A stretch of DNA of 64,000 nucleotides from Candidatus Eiseniibacteriota bacterium (GCA_963783375.1 CAWANH010000001.1:160001-224000); one strand, 5' to 3'. Positions 29,339 to 39,854 are shown, counted from the first letter of the stretch. Numbers and translations are program-made. Notes: a model not told the origin generated them from the sequence alone.

Positions 29339-31323
29339 CGCCGTTTCACGCCGGAGGTCGCGCTCCAGAAGAGCGCGGCCATCACCAGCAGGAGGAGCGC
29401 CACCCCGGGCCAGGCGAAGTGCTGGGTCTCGAAGAGGGCGAAGACGTTCCGGCCCGCCACCACCAGGGGCACGGCCAGGAGGATTCCGATCAGGGCCTCA
29501 CCGGTGATGAGCCCGGAGGCGAAGAGGAGCCCGTTCCGGTCGGACACCGACTCGATCTCGGGGTCGCGCGCGGCTCCGCGGCGCATCTGGAAGCGCTTGG
29601 CGAAGTGGGAGACCACCCCGCCGAAGAAGATCGGCACCGAGAGCTCGATGGGAAGGTAGATCCCCACCGCCACCGCGAGGACCGGCGCGCGGAACGACGC
29701 CCCGCGGCCCGCCTGGACCTGGTCGAAGATGATGATGAGGACCGCGATCACCGCCCCGATGAGCGCCATCCCCCAGGGGAGCCCGCCGCGGAAGACGCCC
29801 TGGGCCACGCTGGCCATGAGGGTGGCCTGGGGCGCGGTCAGGGGGTTGGGGTGAGCCGCGGTCGGTTCGCCGATCCCGTAGCCCTTCAGGAGCAGGGTGA
29901 GCACCGGGGCCATCACGAAGGCCGCGGTCACCGTGCCCAGGATCTGGGCGGTTTGCTGTTTCCAGGGGGTGGCGCCCAGGATGTGCCCGGCCTTGAGATC
30001 CTGCATGTTGTCCCCGGCGATGGCCGCGGCGCAGCACACCACCGCCCCGATGAAGATGGCCGCCGAGGGCCCGACGTGGCTCTCGGTTCCCATCAACGCC
30101 ACCAGGAGAAGGGACGCGCTCAGGATGGTGGCGATGGTCACTCCGGAGATGGGGTTGTTGCTGCTCCCCACCAGCCCGGCCATGTACCCGGCCACCGCGC
30201 TGAACAGGAACCCCGCGATGAGCATCAGGACCGCCATCAGGATCGCCACCCCCAGCGACTTCACCACGTAGAGGTAGACGAAGAAGATGGGGATCACCGA
30301 GAGCCCGATGGCCCAGAGGACGTAGGGCATGGGGGCGTCGCGCTCGGTGCGGGGAATTTCCTCCGAGGCCTCGGCGCCCGGCCGGAAGGTTCTGAGGCCG
30401 CTCTGGATCCCCAGGATCAGCGAACCCCGGAGGTTCACCAGCGCCCAGAGTCCCCCCACCACCATGGCGCCGATGCCCATGTAGCGGATGTAGTTGCTCC
30501 AGATCCAGTTCGCGGCGTCGGCGGCGCCGGCCTGGTCGGCGGGGATCGCCCCGTGACCGTGCTGGAGCAGCCAGATGGGAATCCCGATGAACCAGCTGAT
30601 GGCCCCGCCCGCGAAGACCAGGACCGCGATGTTGAGCCCCACGATGTAGCCCACCGCCACCAGGGCCGGCGAGAGGTTGGTGCCCCCGTAGATCACCGTG
30701 TTCCCCACGTAGCGCGCCTTCTCGAAGGTGGCGGTCCAGAGGTTCAGCCCGGCTTCCCCGAACTTGAAGGCGCCCCCGATCAGCGCCGCCGCGGCCAGGT
30801 ACCAGACCGCCGAGCCCCCTTCCTCGCCGCTCTGTAACACCTCGGCCGTGGCCACGCCTTCGGGGAATCGAAGCGGCTGATCCACGATCAGCGCCCGGCG
30901 GAGGGGGATGGTGAAGAACACCCCGACCACCCCGCCCAACGCGGCGATCATCGTGGTCTCCCAGTAGTCGAAATGCTGCCAGTAGCCGAGGATGATCAGG
31001 GCGGGGAGAGTGAAGATGACCCCCGCGGCCAGGGACTCGCCCGCCGAGGCCGCGGTCTGGACCAGGTTGTTCTCGAGGATGTTGGAGCGCCGGAAGAGCC
31101 GGAGCACGGCCATGGAGATGACCGCGGCGGGGATGGAGGCGCTCACCGTCATGCCCGCGAAGAGCCCCAGGTACGCGTTGGCGCTGGCCAGGGCCATGGA
31201 CAGGAGGACGCCGAGGATCAGCGCCTTCGGGGTGAGCTCGGGAAGGCTCACCGAGGCCGGAATGCGGGGCTCGTGGGCGGGCGCTCCCTTTCGTCCGGGG
31301 GCGGGCGCGGCCTGGTCAGCCAT
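29335..31323 (-). CDS. OPT-family oligopeptide transporter
   Basis: NAYLGLFAGMTVSASIPAAVIS, ENNLVQT, FPEG, SSNNPISG, DNMQDLKAG, APQA. Confidence 0.93.
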   Translation of the reverse strand: MADQAAPAPGRKGAPAHEPRIPASVSLPELTPKALILGVLLSMALASANAYLGLFAGMTVSASIPAAVISMAVLRLFRRSNILENNLVQTAASAGESLAAGVIFTLPALIILGYWQHFDYWETTMIAALGGVVGVFFTIPLRRALIVDQPLRFPEGVATAEVLQSGEEGGSAVWYLAAAALIGGAFKFGEAGLNLWTATFEKARYVGNTVIYGGTNLSPALVAVGYIVGLNIAVLVFAGGAISWFIGIPIWLLQHGHGAIPADQAGAADAANWIWSNYIRYMGIGAMVVGGLWALVNLRGSLILGIQSGLRTFRPGAEASEEIPRTERDAPMPYVLWAIGLSVIPIFFVYLYVVKSLGVAILMAVLMLIAGFLFSAVAGYMAGLVGSSNNPISGVTIATILSASLLLVALMGTESHVGPSAAIFIGAVVCCAAAIAGDNMQDLKAGHILGATPWKQQTAQILGTVTAAFVMAPVLTLLLKGYGIGEPTAAHPNPLTAPQATLMASVAQGVFRGGLPWGMALIGAVIAVLIIIFDQVQAGRGASFRAPVLAVAVGIYLPIELSVPIFFGGVVSHFAKRFQMRRGAARDPEIESVSDRNGLLFASGLITGEALIGILLAVPLVVAGRNVFALFETQHFAWPGVALLLLVMAALFWSATSGVKRR

Positions 31324-31458
31324 GGGCGTCTCCTTGGCGAACGGGGGTCGAGGTCACGGAACGGGCGCCGGGGCCCCGGAAGGACGCGCGCGGCGCCGCC
31401 CCCGGGCCCTACGTACCATAGCGAAGGTCGCGCCCTCCGGCCAACCCGCCTCCCGAGG

Positions 31459-32295
31459 TCAGGAGCCCGCGGCCGCCCGGGCCACCGCCTGCTTGAACGC
31501 GGTGAAGCCCGGATCGGCGGTGACCAGCGTCTTCGGGGCGAAGCCGTCGATCTCGTTCTGGACGTCCTTGATCCGGTCCTCGGTCAGGGGGTGGCTGGCG
31601 AAGAACTGCTCGATGGAGCTCGGCTTCGATTGCCGGATCTGGAGGAGAACGCGGAAGAAGTCCACCATACCCTCGGGGTCCACCCCCGCCTCGTACATGT
31701 AGCGGGCCCCCAGACGGTCGGCTTCCGCCTCGGCGCTCCGGCTGAACTTCGACACCGCGCCGTTGGCGAGGACGGAGGCCAGGATCTGCTCGTAGACCGC
31801 GGGGTTCTTGCCCAGGACCAGCGAGGCCACCATGGCGATCCCGTACTGCTTGGTGAGGTTCTCGACCCCGTGGCGGGCCAGGCCGTGGGAGCACTCGTGG
31901 GCCATGACCCCCATGAGCTCGGCATAGGAGTCGGCCTCGGCCACCAGGCCCGAGTGCAGGTAGACGTAGCCGCCGGGGATGTTGAAGGCGTTCACGGTGT
32001 TGTCGTCGATCACGTAGAAGTGCCAGGGCTGATCGGCCACCGGGGTGTCCCCCTTGGCCTGGGCCAGGACATCCTCCCCCATGCGGGCCACGTACCCGGT
32101 GATCTCCGGCGTGTCGAGGATGCGCTTCTGCTTCGCGATGTCGGTCGCCAGATCCTGGCCGAGCTGCCATTCCTCGCCGATCGAGATGAGGCTCACGTCA
32201 CCCTTGTTGATGCCCGAGGTGGCGCAGCCCGACAGGCCGGCGATCGCGACGAGGAGAACGAAAGATGCCAGGGTTCCCGGATTGTTTCGATGCAT
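31459..32295 (-). CDS. M48-family zinc metalloprotease lipoprotein
   Basis: LSGC lipobox, VNAFNIPGG, HECSH, EAEAD, ASHP. Confidence 0.9.
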   Translation of the reverse strand: MHRNNPGTLASFVLLVAIAGLSGCATSGINKGDVSLISIGEEWQLGQDLATDIAKQKRILDTPEITGYVARMGEDVLAQAKGDTPVADQPWHFYVIDDNTVNAFNIPGGYVYLHSGLVAEADSYAELMGVMAHECSHGLARHGVENLTKQYGIAMVASLVLGKNPAVYEQILASVLANGAVSKFSRSAEAEADRLGARYMYEAGVDPEGMVDFFRVLLQIRQSKPSSIEQFFASHPLTEDRIKDVQNEIDGFAPKTLVTADPGFTAFKQAVARAAAGS

Positions 32296-32381
32296 GCGTG
32301 ACTCCTTGACGATGCCCGGAAGCAATTTCCCGGGTTGACAACGAATTTCCGCCGTCGGCGCCTCGATTGGAGGCCGCCCGG

Positions 32382-33089
32382 TCAGGGTTGAGGATAGAGC
32401 TTTCGGTAGAGTCGGGCCACCAGTCCCACCGCGTTCTCCAGCCCGACCCCTTCCAGGTTCACGACGAGGTGGTAGGCGGTGGGATCATCGATGTTCCGGT
32501 GGAGGTAGCGTTCCACGAAGGCGGCGCGCTCCCCATCGCAGCGGTCCACCAGCTTTTCCGCCTCTTCGCGGCCGATCCCGTGCATGCGGGCGACCCGGCT
32601 CACCCGGTGGTCCCGCCCTCCCACCGCCCGCACATGAAGGGCCGGCTCGCCGGCGAGGATGAAGTTGGCGCCCCGCCCCATCACCACCGCCCGGCCGGTC
32701 CGGGTGACCGCGATGAGCGCCTTCCCCAGGGACCGGACGAATTCCTCCGGGGTCACCAGGCGGTTGTGGAGGACTCCGTTCACCCACTGCTCCACGCTGT
32801 TTCGGGCGCGATCGTCCATGGCCTCGAGGATGGCCCGGTGGACCCCGGTTTCCTCGGCCACCGCGGTGATCAGCTCCTTGTCGAAGAGCTGGAAGCCGAG
32901 CCGCGCCGCCACCATCTCGGCCATCTCCGTCCCCCCGCTTCCCGTCTGCCGGGAAACGGTGATGATGGGATGGAAGATCTCTCCCGCCGGAGCGCGGAGG
33001 GCCGCGGCCTCCCGTTCCTGCGCCGCCTTCTGTTCGAGAATCCAGCGGTGGATCTGCTGCTGAATGAGTTGCAGTGCTTCGCCTTTCAC
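32382..33089 (-). CDS. cytidylate kinase-like family protein
   Basis: IITVSRQTGSGG, VVMGRGANFIL, YHLVVN; start uncertain. Confidence 0.85.
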   Translation of the reverse strand: MKGEALQLIQQQIHRWILEQKAAQEREAAALRAPAGEIFHPIITVSRQTGSGGTEMAEMVAARLGFQLFDKELITAVAEETGVHRAILEAMDDRARNSVEQWVNGVLHNRLVTPEEFVRSLGKALIAVTRTGRAVVMGRGANFILAGEPALHVRAVGGRDHRVSRVARMHGIGREEAEKLVDRCDGERAAFVERYLHRNIDDPTAYHLVVNLEGVGLENAVGLVARLYRKLYPQP

Positions 33090-33235
33090 GCCACCCCTCT
33101 CTTTCCCGGCCGGCTTTGCCCGAAAGGACTTGTCAGAAGCCCGTTCAGTGGCTATTGTGCCCAACGAACTTCCTCATTCTACTCCACAATCGTCCCCTCG
33201 GAGAACGAATGGCATCAAGGACCAAGCCGGTGAGC

Positions 33236-34318
33236 ATGAGACCGGTCCATTGCAAGACCGTCGCCCGTCGGGGAGCGGCCCTCCTCTTCACCGGGCTCTG
33301 GCTCGCCGCCGTCCTTCTCCTCCCTTCGTCCCCATCGGCCCAGCCAGCTCCGAACCCCGCTCCCGCCGAGTCCTCGGTGGTGGACAGCGTGGTGCCCCAG
33401 CCGGCCACCCAGGCCGTCCAGAGTGGACTCGACACCCTGGCCCAGGAGGAGCCGGTGGGAACCGAGACCCTGGCCCCGGCCGAGGAAGCGGCCCCCACGG
33501 GGATCCATCGCTTCTTCTTCCTGAACCGGCTGAACCTCCTCGTCATCCTTCTCGTGGTCTGCGGGGCGATCTTCACCTACACCCTCCGGGCCACCCGCGG
33601 CGTCACCTACAAGATCCGAAAGATCGCGGGCATCGACGCCATCGAGGAGGCGGTGGGGCGGGCCACCGAGATGGGGAGGCCGGTGCTCTACGTTCCCGGC
33701 ATCCAGGACCTGGACAACGTGCAGACGGTGGCCGGGATCACCATTCTCTCCTCGGTGGCCGGACGGATCGCCGAGTACGACGCCCACCTCGAGGTCCCCA
33801 CCTCCCGCTCCCTGGTCATGACCACCGCCCGCGAGACGGTGAAGGAGGCCTACTCCGCCGCCGGCCGGCCCGACGCCTACAACGACGACATGGTCTACTA
33901 CGTCACCGACGAGCAGTTCGGCTACGTGGCCCACCTCGACGGGTACATGGTCCGGAACAAGCCCGCCACCTGCATCTACATGGGCGCGTTCTTCGCCGAA
34001 TCGCTGATCCTGGCCGAGACCGGGTACTCGGTGGGAGCCATCCAGATCGCCGGAACCGCCATGCCCACCCAGCTGCCGTTCTTCGTGGCCGCCTGCGACT
34101 ACACCCTGATCGGGGAAGAGCTCTTCGCAGCCAGCGCCTACCTGAGCCAGGACCCGAGGCTCCTGGGAAGCCTCCGGGGACAGGACTTCGGGAAGGCCTT
34201 CGCCATGATCTTCATCGGGATGGGCAGCATCATCGTCACCGTGGACGTGGTGAGCGGAGGTTTCCTCCACGGTCTCGGCAACTGGCTCATCAACATCGTA
34301 TTCAACGCAACCCAGTAG
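33236..34318 (+). CDS. DUF6754-type membrane protein
   Basis: Signal peptide, Pro/Ala/Glu linker, TM, IRKIAGIDAIEEAVGRATEMGRP, QLPFFVAACDYTLIGEE, C-terminal TM. Confidence 0.7.
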   Translation: MRPVHCKTVARRGAALLFTGLWLAAVLLLPSSPSAQPAPNPAPAESSVVDSVVPQPATQAVQSGLDTLAQEEPVGTETLAPAEEAAPTGIHRFFFLNRLNLLVILLVVCGAIFTYTLRATRGVTYKIRKIAGIDAIEEAVGRATEMGRPVLYVPGIQDLDNVQTVAGITILSSVAGRIAEYDAHLEVPTSRSLVMTTARETVKEAYSAAGRPDAYNDDMVYYVTDEQFGYVAHLDGYMVRNKPATCIYMGAFFAESLILAETGYSVGAIQIAGTAMPTQLPFFVAACDYTLIGEELFAASAYLSQDPRLLGSLRGQDFGKAFAMIFIGMGSIIVTVDVVSGGFLHGLGNWLINIVFNATQ

Positions 34319-34333
34319 TAGGAGGAACGCCGC

Positions 34334-35014
34334 GTGCTTCGAGTCACCATCCCCGTTCTGATCGCCTCCCTGGTGGGGATCATCCTGGTGATGGCGATGT
34401 TCCTGCCCCCGCTCCACGAAGCGGACAACTACTTCTCCCAGTGGTTCGACATCATCGCCGCGGTGGCCTTCATCCTGGGTGGAGGGAACCTCCTCCGCAT
34501 CCACCTCGAAAAGCTCTACCGGCGGAAGAAGGGCTGGTGGTACAGCGTGGTCACCCTGGCCGGGTTCGCCTTCACCCTGATCGCGGGGCTGTTCAAGATC
34601 GGAAACCCCCAGGGCTGGGTGGGAAACGTCAACGCCCAGGGCTCGCTGTTCAACTTCGCCTACGACGGCATGTTCACCCCGCTCCAGTCCACCATGTTCT
34701 CGATCCTGGCCTTCTTCGTGGCCTCGGCCTCCTACCGGGCCTTCCGGGCCCGAAACGTCGAGGCCACCCTGCTTCTCCTCGCCGCCCTGACCATCCTTCT
34801 GGGCCGGACCTTCGTGGGGGCATGGATGACCGCGGGCCTCCCCCCCTCCCTGAGCTTCCTGACCATTCCCAACCTCTCCAACTGGATCATGGCCACCATC
34901 AACCTGGCCGGACAGCGGGCGATCATGATCGGGATCAGCCTGGGGGTCATCGCCACCTCCCTGAAGATCATCCTGGGCATCGAGCGGTCCTACCTGGGCG
35001 GGAGGGAGTCCTAG
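34334..35014 (+). CDS. hypothetical multi-TM protein (operon gene 2)
   Basis: About 6 TMs, FFVASASYRAFR; GGAGG Shine-Dalgarno. Confidence 0.8.
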   Translation: MLRVTIPVLIASLVGIILVMAMFLPPLHEADNYFSQWFDIIAAVAFILGGGNLLRIHLEKLYRRKKGWWYSVVTLAGFAFTLIAGLFKIGNPQGWVGNVNAQGSLFNFAYDGMFTPLQSTMFSILAFFVASASYRAFRARNVEATLLLLAALTILLGRTFVGAWMTAGLPPSLSFLTIPNLSNWIMATINLAGQRAIMIGISLGVIATSLKIILGIERSYLGGRES

Positions 35015-35015
35015 G

Positions 35016-35891
35016 ATGATCTCCTTCCTCCAGAAGATGGGGCATCTCGACCGGCGATGGATCTTCTTGGCCATCGCGCTGGCGGTCATCCTCCCCCTGG
35101 CCTTCCACCTCGTGTTCCCGGTCCTCACCAGCCCCATCGTCCAGAACATCTTCGACAAGGTGGACAGCCTACCCCCCGGCTCCCGGATCCTGATCTCGGC
35201 GGACTACGGCCCGAGCACGGTGCCCGAGAACCAGCCGATGCTGGAGGCGGTGGCCCGCCACGCGCTCCACAAGGGGCTCAAGGTCTACTTCATGAGCCTG
35301 TGGGCCACCGGACCGCCCATGCTGGTCCAGATGAAGCAGGACGTGATCGACCTGAACTTCCCCGACCTCACCGAAGGGGTGGACTGGGTGAACCTGGGCT
35401 ACCAGGCCGGGAACCAGGGGGTCATCAACTCGGCCTACGCCAACTTCAAGGTGGCCTACCCGGTGGACTCCCGGGGGGAGAACATCAACACCATCCCCAT
35501 GATGAAGCCGGTCCGGAAACTCTCCGACTTCAACCTCATCGTCGGCATCGGATCCGGCTTCCCGGGGGTGAAGGAGTGGATCCAGTTCGGCGGGGATCCG
35601 GCGGGAGTGCCGGTGGCGGGCGGGGTGACCGCGGTGGAGGCGCCGCTCCTCTACCCCTACTACCCGAAACAGCTCCTCGGCCTCATGGGGGGACTTCAGG
35701 GCGCGGCGGAGTACGAGGCGGCCCTGGTGCACAAGTATCCCGAGTACGCATCGGTCTCGACCACCGCCATCACCCGGATGGGCCCGCAAACCGTGGCTCA
35801 CCTGGTGATCATCGCCTTCATCTTGATCGGCAACATCGCCTACCTCGCCGGAGGGCGTGAGAAGCCGCGACTGGGGGTGGGACAGCGATGA
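35016..35891 (+). CDS. hypothetical protein, TM-soluble domain-TM (operon gene 3)
   Basis: DRRWIF TM, DYGP, VNLGY, LMGGLQGAAEYE, C-terminal TM. Confidence 0.8.
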   Translation: MISFLQKMGHLDRRWIFLAIALAVILPLAFHLVFPVLTSPIVQNIFDKVDSLPPGSRILISADYGPSTVPENQPMLEAVARHALHKGLKVYFMSLWATGPPMLVQMKQDVIDLNFPDLTEGVDWVNLGYQAGNQGVINSAYANFKVAYPVDSRGENINTIPMMKPVRKLSDFNLIVGIGSGFPGVKEWIQFGGDPAGVPVAGGVTAVEAPLLYPYYPKQLLGLMGGLQGAAEYEAALVHKYPEYASVSTTAITRMGPQTVAHLVIIAFILIGNIAYLAGGREKPRLGVGQR

Positions 35892-36586
35892 CGTTCGATC
35901 AGGGACTCGAACTCTGGGTCGGGGCCCTCCTGACCTTCATGATCTTCTCCTTCCTCTACAAGGACAACCCGTTCTACAAGTTCGCGGAGCACCTGTTCGT
36001 GGGGGTGAGCGCGGCGTACTGGATGGTTCAGGGCTTCTGGGCCACCCTGATGCCGAACCTCTTCGGCCGGCTCTACCCGCCCATGGTCCGCTTCGCCCTC
36101 CCGTCGATCGCCGATAACCCGGCCCGGCCGCTACAGATCATTCCCCTCATCTTCGGACTCCTCCTTCTCACCCGGCTCGTCCCGCGCATCTCGGTCTGGT
36201 CGCGACTGGCCATGGGCCTCATCATCGGGTTCACCGCCGGCACCAACCTCACCCGCTACATCCAGTCCGACTTCGTGTCCCAGATCGGCCATACCATGGT
36301 CCCGCTCCTGGACATGAGGAACGGTTCGGTGGCCATCGGCCAGTCCTTCTCCAACATCGTCATGGTCACCGGGGTGCTGTCGGGCCTGGTCTACTTCTTC
36401 TTCTCCAAGGAGCGCTCGGGGCTGACCCAGAAGGTCAGCCGCTACGGGATCTACATCCTGATGATCTCCTTCGGCGCGTCCTTCGGCTACACCGTGATGG
36501 CCCGTATCTCCCTCCTCACCGGCCGCATGGAGTTCCTGGGGAACTGGCTCACCACCGGCGTGCCCTGGCTCTGGCACCTGTTCTGA
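35888..36586 (+). CDS. hypothetical multi-TM protein (operon gene 4)
   Basis: SFLYKDNPFYKFAEHLFVG, FGASFGYTVMAR; ATGA overlap with gene 3. Confidence 0.8.
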   Translation: MTFDQGLELWVGALLTFMIFSFLYKDNPFYKFAEHLFVGVSAAYWMVQGFWATLMPNLFGRLYPPMVRFALPSIADNPARPLQIIPLIFGLLLLTRLVPRISVWSRLAMGLIIGFTAGTNLTRYIQSDFVSQIGHTMVPLLDMRNGSVAIGQSFSNIVMVTGVLSGLVYFFFSKERSGLTQKVSRYGIYILMISFGASFGYTVMARISLLTGRMEFLGNWLTTGVPWLWHLF

Positions 36587-36741
36587 TCCCCTTCCCAGGG
36601 CCCCGATCCCCTCGTGCCCTCCTTCGTTCTCCATCCTCCGGGGATTGAAGGGACACCGGGGGTGCGGTGTATAGTTGTGCTGGCGGCTCACGCCGACCCG
36701 CTTGGAAATATTCAACCCCACGCCGCCGGGAGGTGGATTTC

Positions 36742-37875
36742 ATGACCGTGAACCCCTTGTTGCAGCTGAAACAGCGCGGACAGAGCGTCTGGCTGGACAA
36801 TCTCACCCGCGAGTTGATGAAGACGGGCCGGCTCAAGAAGTTGATCGACGAGGACGGCCTTTGCGGAATCACCTCCAACCCCGCCATCTTCAACAACGCC
36901 ATGACCAAGGGGAACGCCTACGATGAGCAGTTCCGGGCCCTGGCCGGGCGGGGCCTCCCCACGGACAAGATCTACGAGGCCATGGCCATCCAGGACATCC
37001 AGAACGCGGCCGACCATCTGCACGGGGTCTACGACGACGCCAACGGCACCGACGGCTTCGTGAGCCTGGAGGTCTCCCCGCACCTGGCCCGGGACACCGA
37101 GGGGACGATCGCCGAGGCCGCGCGGCTCTGGAGCGAGGTCGCCCGCCCCAACGTGTTCATCAAGATCCCCGGCACCCGCGAAGGAATCCCGGCCGTCCGC
37201 CAGAGCCTCATCGACGGGATCAACGTGAACATCACCCTTCTCTTCTCCCTGGACGCCTACCGCGACGTCATGGAGGCCCACCTCCAGGCCATGGAAACCC
37301 GTCTCGAGACCGGCCAACCCCTGGCCGACGTGGCCTCGGTGGCCAGCTTCTTCCTGAGCCGGATCGACGTGATGGTGGACAAGCGACTGGACGCCATGAA
37401 GGCCGCCGGCGATCACGCGGAGGAGGCCGCCGCCCTCCGCGGGACCGCGGCGGTGGCCAGCGCCCGCCTGGCCTACCGGATGTGGAAGGAGACCTACGCC
37501 GGGCCGCGCTGGGAGAAGCTCAAGAACGCCGGCGCCCGGTTCCAGAAGCCTCTATGGGCCAGCACCTCCACCAAGGACCCGGCCTATTCGGACGTCAAGT
37601 ACGTGGAGGCGCTGATCGGGCCCCACACCGTCAACACCCTGCCCGACGAGACCATCGAGGCCTTCCGCGATCATGGCCGGGTGGCGGACACCCTGGAGAA
37701 CGATCTCGACGGCCAGAAGAAGGTGCTGGAGCGCTTCGAGGCGATCGGCATCTCCATGAAGCGGGTCACCGACGCGTTGGTGGACGAGGGAATCGAGAAG
37801 TTCAACAAGCCCTTCGACGCGCTGATGGAGGCCCTGGAGGAGAAGCGGAAGGCCCTCGCCGCCGGCCACGCCTGA
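36742..37875 (+). CDS. tal: transaldolase (type 2)
   Basis: GQSVWLD, GITSNP, VSLEVSP, FIKIPGT, NITLLFS, SFFLSRID, LWAST. Confidence 0.95.
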   Translation: MTVNPLLQLKQRGQSVWLDNLTRELMKTGRLKKLIDEDGLCGITSNPAIFNNAMTKGNAYDEQFRALAGRGLPTDKIYEAMAIQDIQNAADHLHGVYDDANGTDGFVSLEVSPHLARDTEGTIAEAARLWSEVARPNVFIKIPGTREGIPAVRQSLIDGINVNITLLFSLDAYRDVMEAHLQAMETRLETGQPLADVASVASFFLSRIDVMVDKRLDAMKAAGDHAEEAAALRGTAAVASARLAYRMWKETYAGPRWEKLKNAGARFQKPLWASTSTKDPAYSDVKYVEALIGPHTVNTLPDETIEAFRDHGRVADTLENDLDGQKKVLERFEAIGISMKRVTDALVDEGIEKFNKPFDALMEALEEKRKALAAGHA

Positions 37876-37905
37876 TACCGACTCCGTCCGGGAAACAGTT
37901 CGCCC

Positions 37906-37934
37906 AAAAAAGGGGCCGCCCGATGGCGGCCCCT
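37906..37934 (-). terminator. intrinsic terminator (U tract on the minus strand; may act in both directions)
   Basis: AAAAA-AGGGGCCGCC-CGAT-GGCGGCCCCT, a perfect 10-bp stem between convergent genes. Confidence 0.8.
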
Positions 37935-38190
37935 GACCTTATTGCTTCGTGCTCGGGACCTCACGGCCCGGATGATCGATCGGCTGTGTGCTGATTGTCT
38001 CGTGCGCTGCGTTCGATTGTTTGATGAGGACCGATGCCTTTCCCTCGGCGCCGCTGCCGATCGTCCGACGATCCCCCCCGCCGGGCTCCGGCAGCGGACG
38101 GAGACCGGTGGGACGGGCGGGCTGGGTTGGCCGTCTGCCGCGGCGCGACGACGTCCGCCGAATCGGCGGACCGGGCACGGGTCGTCGCGT

Positions 38191-38646
38191 TCACGGGAGG
38201 AGGAACCTCACCCCCAGCCCGCCCCCCATCTCGAAATCGGTGTCCGGGACCACGTCGACTATCGGCGCCGCTTCCATGAAGAACTCCACCCGCCGGGTGT
38301 CGGTGAGGTACGAGAGCCCCACCGGGAGGCGGACCCCGAGCCAATTCCGGTCTTCCATGAGGAGGCGCCCCCCCACCCCGTAGTAGAGCGGGAGATAACC
38401 GTGGTCGGTCTCGAACAGGCTGAAGTCATGGAGCAGGTAGTCGGCGTGGAGCTCGAAGGCATCTGCATGAGACATCGACCACGAGGCCCCGCCGTCCACC
38501 GCCCGGGCCGGAGCCAGCCAGTACTTGCCGGAGATCCCGGTCGGCTCCCCGACCATCACTCCCAGGGCGAAGCGGTTCCCCGCCGCCGCGGCAGGCCGGG
38601 CGCCGGCCAGAACCAGGCAGGCCAGGATCAAGAATAGCTGCTTCAT
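38191..38646 (-). CDS. small outer-membrane beta-barrel-like protein (DUF3996-like)
   Basis: Signal peptide; LGVMVGEPTGISGKYW, YYGVGG, GVRLPVG, GLGVRF amphipathic strands. Confidence 0.75.
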   Translation of the reverse strand: MKQLFLILACLVLAGARPAAAAGNRFALGVMVGEPTGISGKYWLAPARAVDGGASWSMSHADAFELHADYLLHDFSLFETDHGYLPLYYGVGGRLLMEDRNWLGVRLPVGLSYLTDTRRVEFFMEAAPIVDVVPDTDFEMGGGLGVRFLLP

Positions 38647-38753
38647 GATCGCGTCCTCCTTCCGCCGGCCGTACGCGAACCGATCGAGCCGTGGCGCCCG
38701 CCCCCGGGCGGGAGGCGGACGCCGCGGCCCCGATCGGGGGCCCACCGACCATC

Positions 38754-39854
38754 TCAGGGGGTCGTCGTATCGCTGAGCGCGCTGGTCTCGGCCGAGGCCT
38801 CGGCCCGACCCGCCGAGGCGATCTCGCTCTCGAACCTCCCGGCCAGCGCGGCAAGGTCGACATCGGGCGTCCCGGGTGCATCGGGCAGGTCCGCCACCCG
38901 GGCCAGGTTCGCCCGGGCGCGATCATGGGAAGCGTCCGCATCGACCGCGGCCCGGTAGGCTCCGGCCGCCGCCTTCATGTGACCGGAGCGCTCCAGGGCT
39001 GCGCCCAGGTTGTTCTGGAACACGGCCACGCCGGGCTCGAGCCGGGTGGCCCGGGCCAAGGGCGGCAGGGCCTCGGTGGGCCTTCCCTCCTGGATCAGGA
39101 TCAGACCCAGGTTGTTCATGGCCCAGGCGTTTCCGGGGTCGAGGACCGCCGCCCGGCGGTAGGCGTGAACCGCCTCGTCGTTCCGGTTCAGCATGTGATA
39201 AGCGCGGCCGAGCACGTTTTGGGCTTCCGAGGATCGGGGATCCAGCTCCGTGGCCTTCTCGGCCTCGCTGCGGGCTTCTTTGGCGCGACCCGCGTCGAGA
39301 AGCAACCGAGCCAGATTGATCCGGCTCTTTACGAAGCTGGGATCCCTCTCCGCCGAAACGCGTAGCGCGCTTTCGGCATCCTCGTAGCGACCGGCCTTCC
39401 AGTAGGAAATCCCGAGCATGTAGCGAGCCCAGGGGTTGTCGGGGTGCTCCTCCGAGAAGGCGGCAAAGTGCTCGGCCGCGGCGTCGTAGCGACCCTCGCG
39501 ATAGAGGGTCAAAGAGGTCTCATAGGTCACCGGCCCGGCCGGGGGCTCCACTCCCGTTCCCGTCGACCCGGTGTCGTCGTTGTCGAATCCGTTCCCGTCC
39601 CCGGCGTCGTCCCGGTCCGGGTCCGCGGTCACCGTCCCGGAGGAGGCAGCGGCAACCTCCGGGGTTTCGACCGCCGGTGAGCCCGCGACGTCGCGCGCAC
39701 CGGCGGGAGTCTGAAGCTCCTGGTTCGAAGCGATGTCGCTCCCGCTCTTCCCGCATCCGACCAGGCTCAGGGCCAGCCCGAGCAGCACGGCCAGGGCGAG
39801 CGACCCCACAAAAAGGGCGACCGGCTTCCATGAATCCTTGATCAAGGTCCGCAT
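38754..39854 (-). CDS. TPR-repeat lipoprotein
   Basis: LVGC lipobox, acidic linker, about 6 TPRs (PDNPWARYMLG, PGNAWAMNNLG, FQNNLG). Confidence 0.85.
   Translation of the reverse strand: MRTLIKDSWKPVALFVGSLALAVLLGLALSLVGCGKSGSDIASNQELQTPAGARDVAGSPAVETPEVAAASSGTVTADPDRDDAGDGNGFDNDDTGSTGTGVEPPAGPVTYETSLTLYREGRYDAAAEHFAAFSEEHPDNPWARYMLGISYWKAGRYEDAESALRVSAERDPSFVKSRINLARLLLDAGRAKEARSEAEKATELDPRSSEAQNVLGRAYHMLNRNDEAVHAYRRAAVLDPGNAWAMNNLGLILIQEGRPTEALPPLARATRLEPGVAVFQNNLGAALERSGHMKAAAGAYRAAVDADASHDRARANLARVADLPDAPGTPDVDLAALAGRFESEIASAGRAEASAETSALSDTTTP

Noticed and set aside
37940-38190. Small ORFs or an sRNA between the terminator and the beta-barrel gene
   Set aside because: No coding signal, start context or recognisable structure.
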